Assembly: GCA_003331365.1 (NCBI GenBank)
Contig: QOQC01000001.1
Span: forward strand, 1-53,201
Direction: 5' to 3'
Length of the DNA stretch: 53,201 nt
From: Flavobacteriales bacterium
GTDB taxonomy: Bacteria; Bacteroidota; Bacteroidia; Flavobacteriales_D; Crocinitomicaceae
Below the pieces are notes generated by a model that was not told the origin of the DNA, made no database searches, and saw only the letters and a list, made by a program, of their open reading frames with translations. Shown here piece by piece: positions 37,635 through 47,710 of this stretch (its first letter is position 1; each line of letters begins with the position of its first letter). Position numbers and translations under genes: made by a program.

Positions 37635-39467
37635 CTAAAATTCAGCGCTTGGAGTGATGGTTTCTCCTCGCAATAAGCGAACTCTTTTTCTAGCTTCATG
37701 TCCATATAGACTAGATGGGTAATCGATTAGTAAAGCCTTATATTTTTCTAAGGCCTCTTGGTCCTTAAATAATTTGGTTTCTAATATTTCTGCAAAGTGG
37801 AATAGCGCATCATCTGCTAAAATGTCTTCTTTGTGAAACTTCAGAATATCCTCATAATACCCTATGGCCCTTTCCCAATTCCCCTGAAGCTCCATAGCTT
37901 TGGCTCTCTTGTATAAAATTTCATCGGCAAGAGAATGAAAAGGGTAATTCACTTGTATGCTGTCAAACAAGGAAAAAGCCTCTTTGAATTTGAATTGTTC
38001 GATGAATAAATCTGCCTTTGAAAACCAGGCCATTGCTATATAATTTGAGTCTAAACCGTAGTTATCGGTTATGGTTACTGAAAGCTGAATTGCGTCATTC
38101 GATAAAAGTTTCGATGTCGATTGCTTAAGGATGTCCAGTTGTGATTGTGCAAATTCAAATTCTCCTTGATAGTAGAAAATTCTTGCATTTTTAAATTTAG
38201 CTCTATTCCCAATGGTTTCATAATTAAAGGCTTCACTAATTTGCATATAAATGAGTGACGCATCCCAAACATTTCCTCTAAGTACCTCAATGTCTGCTAT
38301 AAGCATTTTCACCTTAGCTTTCATAATGTCCGTAAGCATTGTTGACCTCTCCGTATCTGCAAGGACTTTCAATGCTTTTTCTCTATCTCCATAATGATAT
38401 GATAGCAACTCAGCATACTCAAGAACTATAGAAAGTGTCCTTGAATTGGGAGACTGGACTTTTTCTAGGACTTTTTCGTAATGAAGAATGATTTTGTCCA
38501 GCTCTTCCCTAGTATATTTCTTTAATTTAGCAACCTTAATGTATCCAACATTTAAAATTCCAACTTGAGCTTTCATTTTTATATCTTCAGAAGAACTTAT
38601 CGATATTACCTCCTGAAACGCTCTAATTGAAGTCTGATAATCTTTATTTTCTCGGCAAACCATTCCAAAATCATAAAGTCTATATCCATTGGCTTTTGAT
38701 CTAATATCCACAGAAACCACCTGATTAAACACACCCTCAAAATTATCTACTTGTGAATAAAGCCAAATTAACATTTCTGAAAAAATAACCCCTGTATTTT
38801 CTTTTTTTGCCCTTTCAAAAAGTGCAGATTTAAACATCTGAAATTCTTTGGAGTCCTCAATTTCTAAATCTAAACGTCTTAATAGTGCCTTTTGAACAGC
38901 TTCCTGATAGTAGTCGTGTTTGTCAAGTAGTGACAAATATGATTCTATCATTTTTTCTTTTTCTTGTTTTTGAGCATACAAATCGGCTTCTTGAAAATTA
39001 AATGGATAGCTTTTAAATTTCTTTTTTGCATTGCTTAAAACCGTTAGTGCCAAGTCTGGCCTAGACATTACCAAAAAAGAGCTAAATAATGATATACATT
39101 GTGAAGGAGAATTACTTTGATTTTCGATAAGCTCATCATATATTTTATTCGCCTTCGCTGGCTGTCCCCTATTACCATAAAAACCAGCTAATTGTAATTT
39201 AAGGTCAACATTATTGCTTGTTTTAGAAATCTCTTTTTTTAACGTCTTTTCAGCTATTTTATATTCTTTTGTTTCAATAAGGCATTCATAATATTTCTTA
39301 AATATTACCAATGAGGGTGATTCATTATAAATTTTCTCATAATATTCTAGCGCCTTCGAATAATCTCCCTGCCCATAATAATGCTGAGCAAGTTGTAAAT
39401 CAGAATTGGATTGAGAAAATGAAAAAAGTGAGAATCCAATAAATGATATAAATAATAGGTACTTCAT
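37635..39467 (-). CDS. Tetratricopeptide-repeat protein (secreted/periplasmic)
   Basis: 610 aa with a signal peptide and many A/Y/L-spaced TPR-like helices (YYGQGDYSKALEYYEKI, YYQGEFEFAQ, LQGNWERAIGYYEDIL). Confidence 0.7.
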   Translation of the reverse strand: MKYLLFISFIGFSLFSFSQSNSDLQLAQHYYGQGDYSKALEYYEKIYNESPSLVIFKKYYECLIETKEYKIAEKTLKKEISKTSNNVDLKLQLAGFYGNRGQPAKANKIYDELIENQSNSPSQCISLFSSFLVMSRPDLALTVLSNAKKKFKSYPFNFQEADLYAQKQEKEKMIESYLSLLDKHDYYQEAVQKALLRRLDLEIEDSKEFQMFKSALFERAKKENTGVIFSEMLIWLYSQVDNFEGVFNQVVSVDIRSKANGYRLYDFGMVCRENKDYQTSIRAFQEVISISSSEDIKMKAQVGILNVGYIKVAKLKKYTREELDKIILHYEKVLEKVQSPNSRTLSIVLEYAELLSYHYGDREKALKVLADTERSTMLTDIMKAKVKMLIADIEVLRGNVWDASLIYMQISEAFNYETIGNRAKFKNARIFYYQGEFEFAQSQLDILKQSTSKLLSNDAIQLSVTITDNYGLDSNYIAMAWFSKADLFIEQFKFKEAFSLFDSIQVNYPFHSLADEILYKRAKAMELQGNWERAIGYYEDILKFHKEDILADDALFHFAEILETKLFKDQEALEKYKALLIDYPSSLYGHEARKRVRLLRGETITPSAEF

Positions 39468-39470
39468 ATA

Positions 39471-40007
39471 TTATTGTTGAGAAATCAAACCCCGACCGTA
39501 TTCAAGCAATTCCTTGTGTAGTCTGAAATATATTTCCAAAAACTGTGCCCTAAGTTTCAGGTATTCTTTAAAAAGAATATTTATTTGGGAAACCTTATTT
39601 TTCTCGAATTGAATATATTCATCATACGACTCCCTTTTCCCGTAGCCATTTGAGATGTCGGAGTGTAATTTTTTAAGCTGAGACAGCTCTTCATTAATGC
39701 TTTGACGCAATCTAAATTCTTCCTTACCAATAGGGCCAAGCATTCTCCTCATTCTCTTATAATCATCCATTTTTTGACCAAACTCAAGATTAATTGTATC
39801 TGAGAAATAGTTTTGTTTTATTCTTCGCTCAACCTCATACGTTGACAACTTTAATGCTGAAATACTATCTATTTTTATATTTTCAAATTCTCGATTTATC
39901 GCTGTTACTTGCTTGGTTAATTTCAATACATTTTGCGCTTGCTTCTCCTTATCAAAGTCGGAGCAGGATAAGCTTATTAAAATTATTAAACCAATGTATT
40001 TTCTCAT
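39471..40007 (-). CDS. Hypothetical coiled-coil lipoprotein
   Basis: 178 aa. Lipobox LSLSC. I recognise no family. It is 3 nt from the downstream TPR gene. Confidence 0.5.
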   Translation of the reverse strand: MRKYIGLIILISLSCSDFDKEKQAQNVLKLTKQVTAINREFENIKIDSISALKLSTYEVERRIKQNYFSDTINLEFGQKMDDYKRMRRMLGPIGKEEFRLRQSINEELSQLKKLHSDISNGYGKRESYDEYIQFEKNKVSQINILFKEYLKLRAQFLEIYFRLHKELLEYGRGLISQQ

Positions 40008-40029
40008 AAATCGTTTAAATATCCGGACA

Positions 40030-41301
40030 TTAAGATATTACTTTAAAGCCAGTATATGGAACAAGAACTTCAGGTATGTTAATTCCATCGTCTTTTTGAT
40101 GGTTTTCAAGTAGTGAGGCCATTATTCTTGGCAACGCTAATGCAGATCCATTCAGCGTATGGCAAAGTCTAGACTTGTTATTCTCATCCTTATACCTAAG
40201 CTTTAATCTATTTGATTGAAACGTATCAAAACGTGAAACAGAACTTACCTCAAGCCATTTATCCTGTCCAGCAGAATACACCTCAAAATCATAAGTAATC
40301 GCAGAGGCAAAGCCAGTATCTCCAGCGCATAATTTTAGGATGCGATATTGTAATCCTAATTTTTCTAGGAGCCCTTTTACGTGGGCAATCATTTCTTGTA
40401 AAGCTGATTCAGCATTATTTGGAGTTTCAATGCGTACAATTTCAACTTTTTCAAACTGATGTAATCTGTTCAAGCCCCTTACGTCCTTACCATAGCTCCC
40501 GGCCTCTCTTCTAAAACATGGAGTATGTCCTGTGATTTTTATTGAAAAATCAGCATTCGGAATTATGGTGTTTCGATACATATTTGTAAGTGGAACCTCT
40601 GCGGTGGGAATAAGATATAAGTTTTCCGCCCCCACATGATACATCATACCCTCTTTATCGGGAAGCTGTCCTGTTCCAATCCCACTTTCTTCATTGACCA
40701 TTAAGGGAGAACTGAACTCCTCATATCCCGCCTTACTCGCCTCATCTAAAAAGAAAGAAATTAAGGCTCTTTGCAGCCTAGCCCCTTGACCTCTGTAAAA
40801 TGGAAACCCTGAGCCTGTAACCTTAACGCCGAGTTCAAAATCTATAAGATTATACTTATTTGCTAAATCCCAATGCGGCAACTTAACCTCTTCTTTATTA
40901 GGGATTTCACCTGACTCGAAAACTATTTCATTGTCTTTCTCATCTTTCCCCGCTGGCACTTCTGGGCGGGGAATATTAGGTAATGACATTATGGCCCCTA
41001 ATAGCTTAGATTGAAGTTCCTCAACCTTTGCCTTTAAAGATGCTTCTTGTTTTTTTAAATCTACGCTTTGAGTTTTTAAGACTTGCGCCTGCTCTTTATC
41101 CCCTGAACTAAAAAGCCTACCTATTTCTTTAGAAATCGTATTTATCTTTGTGGATACCTCTTGAAGCTCTGTTTTGGCATTTCGCCAATCCTGATCAATC
41201 TCCAATATGTTATCGATTTCCTTTTCACAATTAATCCCCCTTTTATTTAAGCCTTCAATAACTTCGGATTTATTTTCTTTTATCCGCTGAATTTCAATCA
41301 T
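40030..41301 (-). CDS. serS: Serine--tRNA ligase
   Basis: 423 aa. N-terminal coiled-coil arm. Class II motifs (GSGFPFYRG, TGHTPCFRREAGS, GSALALPR). Confidence 0.96.
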   Translation of the reverse strand: MIEIQRIKENKSEVIEGLNKRGINCEKEIDNILEIDQDWRNAKTELQEVSTKINTISKEIGRLFSSGDKEQAQVLKTQSVDLKKQEASLKAKVEELQSKLLGAIMSLPNIPRPEVPAGKDEKDNEIVFESGEIPNKEEVKLPHWDLANKYNLIDFELGVKVTGSGFPFYRGQGARLQRALISFFLDEASKAGYEEFSSPLMVNEESGIGTGQLPDKEGMMYHVGAENLYLIPTAEVPLTNMYRNTIIPNADFSIKITGHTPCFRREAGSYGKDVRGLNRLHQFEKVEIVRIETPNNAESALQEMIAHVKGLLEKLGLQYRILKLCAGDTGFASAITYDFEVYSAGQDKWLEVSSVSRFDTFQSNRLKLRYKDENNKSRLCHTLNGSALALPRIMASLLENHQKDDGINIPEVLVPYTGFKVIS

Positions 41302-41318
41302 ACTAATAGTTTATGAAA

Positions 41319-41326
41319 CAAAATTA
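41319..41326 (-). promoter_or_regulatory. Candidate -7 promoter box (TAnnTTTG) for serS
   Basis: The minus strand reads TAATTTTG, 17 nt upstream of the ATG at 41301. Confidence 0.4.
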
Positions 41327-41448
41327 AGCAATTGAAAAAAGAATAGCTTCGATTTTAGCTTTTTAAAAAATACACATCATATTTTATCATGTTAAAAATG
41401 GTTAACTTTTCTTCACGAATGACTTGATTTTCTTTAGCTTCGTTTATT

Positions 41449-43074
41449 GTGTTGAAAAAAAATAAAATAAGCTTAGCTGTTCTACTTTTGGCATTGTCTA
41501 TTGTTAGCTTAATTATTGTTCAGTCATATCAATTACATTATACCTACAAGAGGAAGTCTAAAGAGTTAAATGAAAAAATTCAATCTTTTCAAGACAAGAT
41601 TTCTTTTCGACACGAAAAAGCTGAGGACTATCGGAAATATATGAATATAGTGAATGACGACTTTAGTGTCCAGTATAGGGAAATATTAAAGACAGAATTT
41701 GAAAATTTAGTTCCAACCCAAAACATAACCATTACTGATACAGTAATTTTCAATAAAGGCAGTAGAGAGGAGTATCTCGTTATTCAGGGCCGCGCCTTTG
41801 ATTCTATTCGAGGACTCAGCGCTGAGCAAAGGGTACTAGCTAAAGACTATAGAGAGATTAAAGATGTTTTTCAAGGAGGAACTAAAATTATTCCTGTAGC
41901 TGCTGATTCAGGTCAAATATCAATAGAGCTTAATCAAAAAGTAACTCAACAAATCTTTAAAAAGGCCAAGTTTATTAACGAAATGATGATACAGGCTTTT
42001 AAAGAAAATATTCTCGAGACACCACAGCAAAGAATTGACTTAATCTTTCTCGACTCCATCATTGCCTACGAATTAAAAAGTGAAAACTTGCCGAAAAATT
42101 ATAAATTCTGCATATATCAAGGGATGCAAAAACCTGTCATTTTCCCGCTTAAAACGAAAAATTATGATGCGTCTATTTCTTTTGATTCCATTCATAAGGT
42201 TAGTTTATTCCCAAATAATACTTTTAGCGAGCCCTTATATTTACAAATTCAATTTCCACAAAGGGGTCGTTATATCTTAAAAGAAATGACCTTATCAATT
42301 ACAGGATCAATAATAGTTATTTTCCTTGTGCTCATTGCCTTTGTGTTTATGTTTAAAACCATTATTGAGCAAAGGCGCCTTTCTGAACTAAAAGCGGGCT
42401 TTATATCAAATATGACCCATGAATTCAAAACACCGATATCAACTATTGCATTAGCTTGTGAGGCTATGGAGGATTCAGATTTAAATATTGGTAGGGATAA
42501 TTCTCCAGTTTTGCCGTTTATTGATATGATCAGACAAGAAAATAAAAGGCTAGAGATCCTGGTGGAAAGCATATTAGAAAGCTCTGCTCTTGAAAAGCAA
42601 AATATTCAATGGGAGAAAGAGGAGGTAAATCTGTCGGAGGTTGCTGATAAAGTCGTTGAAAACGCCTTATTTCGGGTGGGAAAAGAAAATTGTTCCATTC
42701 AGCTTTATAAACCTGAAGAGCCCTTAATCATACTTTGTGACCGACTTCATCTTAGAAATCTCCTTTCGAACATTATTGACAATGCCATTAAATATAGTAA
42801 AGGGAGAGGGTCGGTTGAAGTTGATATAAAACAAAATCAAAAAAGTGTAGTTCTAAGCATTTCTGATTCGGGTATTGGAATTAAAAAAGAGCATATTGAT
42901 AAAATATTTGATAAATTGTATCGTATACCTACAGGTGATATTCACAATGTTAAGGGCTTTGGACTGGGCTTAAATTACGTTAAGCGTATCTGCGACGGCT
43001 ACCAGTGGGATATAAAAGTAAAAAGCAAATATGGTGTAGGCACAACATTTGTTATAACAATGAATAAACAATGA
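41449..43074 (+). CDS. Sensor histidine kinase (two TM helices, ~260-aa extracytoplasmic domain, HisKA + HATPase_c)
   Basis: H-box FISNMTHEFKTPIS, N-box NIIDNAIKYS, and G-boxes DSGIGI and GFGLGL. It uses a GTG/TTG start. Confidence 0.9.
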   Translation: MLKKNKISLAVLLLALSIVSLIIVQSYQLHYTYKRKSKELNEKIQSFQDKISFRHEKAEDYRKYMNIVNDDFSVQYREILKTEFENLVPTQNITITDTVIFNKGSREEYLVIQGRAFDSIRGLSAEQRVLAKDYREIKDVFQGGTKIIPVAADSGQISIELNQKVTQQIFKKAKFINEMMIQAFKENILETPQQRIDLIFLDSIIAYELKSENLPKNYKFCIYQGMQKPVIFPLKTKNYDASISFDSIHKVSLFPNNTFSEPLYLQIQFPQRGRYILKEMTLSITGSIIVIFLVLIAFVFMFKTIIEQRRLSELKAGFISNMTHEFKTPISTIALACEAMEDSDLNIGRDNSPVLPFIDMIRQENKRLEILVESILESSALEKQNIQWEKEEVNLSEVADKVVENALFRVGKENCSIQLYKPEEPLIILCDRLHLRNLLSNIIDNAIKYSKGRGSVEVDIKQNQKSVVLSISDSGIGIKKEHIDKIFDKLYRIPTGDIHNVKGFGLGLNYVKRICDGYQWDIKVKSKYGVGTTFVITMNKQ

Positions 43075-43769
43075 GAGAAAATAAAAATATATTACTGGCT
43101 GAAGATGACGAAAACCTCGGCAAGCTACTTATCTCATACCTCCAAGCAAAGGGCTTCCATGTTGAATTGGCAAAGAATGGAAAAATAGCATATGAGCTTT
43201 TCAATAATACAAAACAAAAGTTCGACCTTCTTGTGCTTGATGTTATGATGCCTGAAATGGACGGCTTTACTCTTGGTTCGGAGATTCGCCTTTTAGATAA
43301 AAGTATTCCTTTCCTTTTTTTGTCTGCAAAATCAATGAAAGAAGACAAGCTTAAAGGATTTGGTGTTGGAGCCGATGATTACATTACCAAGCCTTTTTCA
43401 ATGGAGGAACTTTTAGCAAGAATAAATGCCATTCTAAAAAGAACTGCATCTAATGAAAAAAACATACAAGAAAAAATTCACGTTGGAAAAATTCAATATG
43501 AACCTGAGCTTAGTGTTCTCCACCTAAATGAAGGTCCTAAAAAGTTAACAACAAAGGAGAATATGTTATTAAAACTATTGGTTCAAAATCAAAATGACCT
43601 ACTTGATAGGCAGGCGGCCTTAAGAGCTGTTTGGGGTGATGATAACTATTTTAATGGACGAAGCATGGACGTCTACATTGCCAAGCTAAGAAAGCTTTTA
43701 AAAGAAGATCAGAATATAGAAATAATGAACGTGCATGGAATAGGATTCAAATTGCTCGTAAAGCAATAA
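43071..43769 (+). CDS. OmpR/PhoB-family response regulator
   Basis: The receiver domain has DDENL...LLVLDVMMPEMDG...SAK. The winged-helix output has TTKENMLLKLL...VYIAKLRKLL. It overlaps the kinase by 4 nt. Confidence 0.92.
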   Translation: MRENKNILLAEDDENLGKLLISYLQAKGFHVELAKNGKIAYELFNNTKQKFDLLVLDVMMPEMDGFTLGSEIRLLDKSIPFLFLSAKSMKEDKLKGFGVGADDYITKPFSMEELLARINAILKRTASNEKNIQEKIHVGKIQYEPELSVLHLNEGPKKLTTKENMLLKLLVQNQNDLLDRQAALRAVWGDDNYFNGRSMDVYIAKLRKLLKEDQNIEIMNVHGIGFKLLVKQ

Positions 43770-43770
43770 T

Positions 43771-45210
43771 ATGCAGAGAATTTTCTTTTCGAATTTGGTA
43801 TTGATGATTCTTTTGAATCTACTTATAAAACCTATAGCCTTATTTGGAATTGATGCTACTGTTCAAAACAGGGTGGGTCCTGAAAATTATGGATTATATT
43901 TCTCGCTACTCAACTTATCTGTGCTATTCAACATTTTATTGGATTTTGGAATTAATAATTATACTACAAAGAATCTCGCACAAAATCCCGTTGAAATAAA
44001 GAAATACTTTGGCAGAGTTTTTACTTTTCGGATTGTTCTTTTTAGTGTTTACAGTGTTTTTACCTTTAGTCTTGCCTACTTTTTGGGTTATTCCGGACGC
44101 CCAATGTTTCTTCTTTCTTTTCTTATTTTAAATCAATTTTTGGTATTAACTATTGCCTACTTTAGAAGTCATTTTGCCGGATTTCACTTCTTTAAAACAG
44201 ATGCTTTCATTTCAGTTTTAGATCGCGCCTTATTAATCCTAGTAGGAGGGGTTATGTTATTTTCTCCATGGGCTCCTAATATATTTAAAATCGAATGGTT
44301 TATATGGATTCAAACTTTTTGTTATGCTACTACACTATGTATAGGCTTCATACTTTTAATTAAACATCTTCATCGCCCATATTTTTCATGGGACCCCTCC
44401 TTTAGTATTAGTCTCATTAAAAAAAGTTGGCCATATGCCTTATTAATTGTTTTAATGTTATTGTATACAAGGGTAGATGGGGTTATGTTAGAAAGAATAC
44501 ACCATAATGGTGCTTATGAATCTGGTATTTATGCCCAGGGTTTTCGCCTTTTGGATGCGTTGTATATGTTTGGGATGATATTTGCCGGGTTATTATTCCC
44601 ATTATTCTCCAAACAGCTAAAAGAATCAATACCCGCAGTGCTTGATCTTGTGAAAACTTCGGCAAATCTTCTTTTAAGCGGTGTAATCATTATCATATTT
44701 GTAACATGCTACAACTCCGCATATATACTTGGTCTTATTTATACAGATTTTAATGAAGCCATTGGACCCTTTCAGTTTTTAATGCTTGGGTTTTTTCCTA
44801 TCTGTATGAATTTTATATTCGGAACCTTATTGACTGCAAATGGAAATTTAAAAGCGTTAAATATTATTTCTATTGGAGGAATCATTGCAAATATTTGTAT
44901 CAATTTAATACTGATTCCTAGTCACGGTGCTCTCGGTGCTGCTATTGCAACATTTTTCACACAGCTGGTAACTGCAATCCTTCAATTTAGTTATTGTGTT
45001 TTGAATTTTAAAATCCCGATTAAAATACTTGGCGCCTTAAAGTTTCTTGTTTTAATTTCAGGACTTTTTATCGTAAGTAATTACCTTCAAAACAGTTCAT
45101 ATTTAATCCTTTTCCAAATGTTTGTTGGTTTTATATTGACTTTTTCTATGTCTTTAATTGACCTTAACTCAATGAAGAAACTTTATTTCTCTTCAAGCCA
45201 AATCAAATAA
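43771..45210 (+). CDS. Oligosaccharide/polysaccharide flippase (Wzx-like, MOP superfamily)
   Basis: 479 aa with about 12-14 TM helices. This is typical flippase architecture. It starts 2 nt after the response-regulator stop. Confidence 0.75.
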   Translation: MQRIFFSNLVLMILLNLLIKPIALFGIDATVQNRVGPENYGLYFSLLNLSVLFNILLDFGINNYTTKNLAQNPVEIKKYFGRVFTFRIVLFSVYSVFTFSLAYFLGYSGRPMFLLSFLILNQFLVLTIAYFRSHFAGFHFFKTDAFISVLDRALLILVGGVMLFSPWAPNIFKIEWFIWIQTFCYATTLCIGFILLIKHLHRPYFSWDPSFSISLIKKSWPYALLIVLMLLYTRVDGVMLERIHHNGAYESGIYAQGFRLLDALYMFGMIFAGLLFPLFSKQLKESIPAVLDLVKTSANLLLSGVIIIIFVTCYNSAYILGLIYTDFNEAIGPFQFLMLGFFPICMNFIFGTLLTANGNLKALNIISIGGIIANICINLILIPSHGALGAAIATFFTQLVTAILQFSYCVLNFKIPIKILGALKFLVLISGLFIVSNYLQNSSYLILFQMFVGFILTFSMSLIDLNSMKKLYFSSSQIK

Positions 45211-45274
45211 TTTATCATAAATACAGTTTTAATTGTGTTTATAAGTCCTATTTTCGTAACCTGAAAAAAATATA

Positions 45275-46270
45275 ATGGAACAAACTGATCTAAACTTAAA
45301 TAAAGAAAGAGAGCGTTTATTGACATTTTTATTTCGTAAACGAAAAATAATTTTGTCTTTTTCCTTTGTTGCTAGTGCAATTGCTTTCTGTCTTTCATAC
45401 CTGATTACACCTTTATACCTATCAACGGCTATAATATTTCCTGCAGCGTCCAGTTCAGTATCTTTTTCTGAACAAAGGAATACGAAAGCTTCTTCAATGG
45501 ATTTTGGGGAGGAAGAGCAAGCTGAACAGCTTGTTCAAATTTTGCAATCTGCTCAAATTAAAGACTTAATTGTTGAGAAATTTGATCTAATGAAACATTA
45601 CAATATTAGTGAAAGTGATGGGTATAAGTATGATAAGCTTAATACAGCATATGAGGGGCATTTCTCTTTTGAGAGAACTAGGTTTGGATCTATTAAAATC
45701 GATGTATTAGATCGTGATCCGAAACTGGCTGCAAGAATGGCTAATGAGATTGTAAGTCTAATTGATACCGTTAAAAACAATATTATTAGGAAAAGAACGC
45801 TTCCTGCGTTTCAAATTACCAAAAGAAAAAAAGAGCAACTCGAATATGAAATCAATACTTTATTGAATGAGATGGACAGTTTATCCAAGCTAGGGGTCGT
45901 TTCGCTTGATGTTCGATCAAGACTTTTTCAAGCCTTGGTTGATTCGAAAAACCCTCAGGAAAAGAAACAATTACAAGAGAAAATTGAAATTAATTCACTT
46001 TTGGGATCAACTTTCGATGGTTTAGAAAGAAAAAGAAATGAAAAAATAACAAAACTCGAAGATTTTAAAGTGGCTTATGAACAAGCAGAATCTGATGCTG
46101 CAACAGAATTTAGCCATAAATTTGTTGTTGAAAGAGCAACGGTAGCCGATAAAAAAGACCAACCAAAAAGATTGATTATCACAATAATTGCAGCTATTGG
46201 TTCCTTCATTTTTATTGTCTTTTCTCTTCTTCTCATTGATCGTTATAAAGAATTAAAGCTGAAGTCATAA
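45275..46270 (+). CDS. Wzz-like polysaccharide chain-length determinant (PCP without a kinase domain)
   Basis: 331 aa with N- and C-terminal TM helices flanking a coiled-coil periplasmic region. The N-terminal part LITPLYLSTAIIFPA is Wzz-like. Confidence 0.55.
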   Translation: MEQTDLNLNKERERLLTFLFRKRKIILSFSFVASAIAFCLSYLITPLYLSTAIIFPAASSSVSFSEQRNTKASSMDFGEEEQAEQLVQILQSAQIKDLIVEKFDLMKHYNISESDGYKYDKLNTAYEGHFSFERTRFGSIKIDVLDRDPKLAARMANEIVSLIDTVKNNIIRKRTLPAFQITKRKKEQLEYEINTLLNEMDSLSKLGVVSLDVRSRLFQALVDSKNPQEKKQLQEKIEINSLLGSTFDGLERKRNEKITKLEDFKVAYEQAESDAATEFSHKFVVERATVADKKDQPKRLIITIIAAIGSFIFIVFSLLLIDRYKELKLKS

Positions 46271-46273
46271 ACT

Positions 46274-47710
46274 ATGGCCGGTGTAAATAAAATCGGTTTA
46301 GTAATAGGTGCAATAGGTCTTGCTACTCTCTTTGGTCTTCTAAATTTCATGAAGCTTGAGTATTTAGGACTCTTTCCTGTAGCCCTGCTATTTATTTATC
46401 TTGCTATTTTTGAAAGCGAAAAGTTCTTTTTATCTATCGCGTTTTTAACCCCGTTATCAGTAAACATAGAGGAATATACGGATAGTTTTGGGCTATTTTT
46501 ACCCACTGAGCCCCTATTGTTTGGTCTCATGATTTTTTTTCTTTTCCTTCAAATTAGAATTCCATTTTTAGATAAAAGAATATGGAGAAATCCCATTGTA
46601 ATTTGTGTGTTGATTTATTTATTTTGGCTCATTATAAGCTCAATTACTAGTACAGACCCTATAGTTTCTTTTAAATCTATATTGGCTAGGCTATGGTTCA
46701 TTATTCCTTTATTGTTTTTTGGAACACATTTTTTTAAAAAGCATGAAAATAGGGTTGTTTTTCTATGGCTTTTTATTGTTTCTTGCTCTCTTGTGGTTTG
46801 TTTTACTTTGATACACCATTCTATTTATAGCTTTGGAGAGGAGGAAGGACACTGGGTAATGTGGCCCTTTTTTAAAGACCATACCATTTATGGAGCAACT
46901 GTAGCACTTTGTCTTCCAATTAGCCTTGCATTACTGAATCAAAAAGGGAGTCCGCCCTTATCTAAAGCCGTCCTGATTCTTTTGAATAGCATTTTAATTA
47001 TAGGTCTTATATTTTCATATACAAGAGCGGCTTGGCTAAGTGTCTTTTGTGCGGGAATAATAGGGTTGCTTGTTTATTTTAAAGTTAATTTTAAGGTTTT
47101 ACTTGGACTTGGTCTTGTAATGGGTTTTGTAATTTATGGGCAATGGGATAATATCCAGCTCGTGTTATCAAAAAATAAGCATGAACATACTACTGAAGCT
47201 TTTGAAGAAAAAATTCAAAGTGCAGCTAATGTAACAACGGACGCATCAAATCTAGAGAGAATTAATCGATGGGATTGCGCATATCAAATGTTTAAAAAAA
47301 GGCCTGTTTTAGGTTTTGGCCCAGGAACCTATGCATTTGAATACGCTCCTTTTCAAGACCCCGAAAACCAAACGATTATTTCTACGAACTTTGGTGATAT
47401 GGGAAATGCCCATAGTGAGTATCTAAGCGCGCTCTCTGAAAGCGGTATTGTTGGGCTTTTACTTTTTATTTCAATTGTGGCTTCAATATTCATTTGTGCA
47501 ATAAAACTTTATTATAAAACTCCGAGTCAGGAAAATGACATTAAGCTTTTAATTATGGGTATTATCATTTCCCTATCCACTTATTTTATACATGCATTTT
47601 TAAATAACTATTTAGACACAGATAAAGCAGCTGTTCCTATTTGGTCAATGTGTGCCATGATTATTGCAATGAGTCTTAAAGCTAACGATCAATCCATAGT
47701 GCAGGATTAA
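46274..47710 (+). CDS. O-antigen ligase/polymerase-family membrane protein (Wzy_C domain)
   Basis: 478 aa, polytopic. SYTRAAWLS and a periplasmic loop with GFGPGTY...AHSEYL are typical of the Wzy_C family. Confidence 0.8.
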   Translation: MAGVNKIGLVIGAIGLATLFGLLNFMKLEYLGLFPVALLFIYLAIFESEKFFLSIAFLTPLSVNIEEYTDSFGLFLPTEPLLFGLMIFFLFLQIRIPFLDKRIWRNPIVICVLIYLFWLIISSITSTDPIVSFKSILARLWFIIPLLFFGTHFFKKHENRVVFLWLFIVSCSLVVCFTLIHHSIYSFGEEEGHWVMWPFFKDHTIYGATVALCLPISLALLNQKGSPPLSKAVLILLNSILIIGLIFSYTRAAWLSVFCAGIIGLLVYFKVNFKVLLGLGLVMGFVIYGQWDNIQLVLSKNKHEHTTEAFEEKIQSAANVTTDASNLERINRWDCAYQMFKKRPVLGFGPGTYAFEYAPFQDPENQTIISTNFGDMGNAHSEYLSALSESGIVGLLLFISIVASIFICAIKLYYKTPSQENDIKLLIMGIIISLSTYFIHAFLNNYLDTDKAAVPIWSMCAMIIAMSLKANDQSIVQD

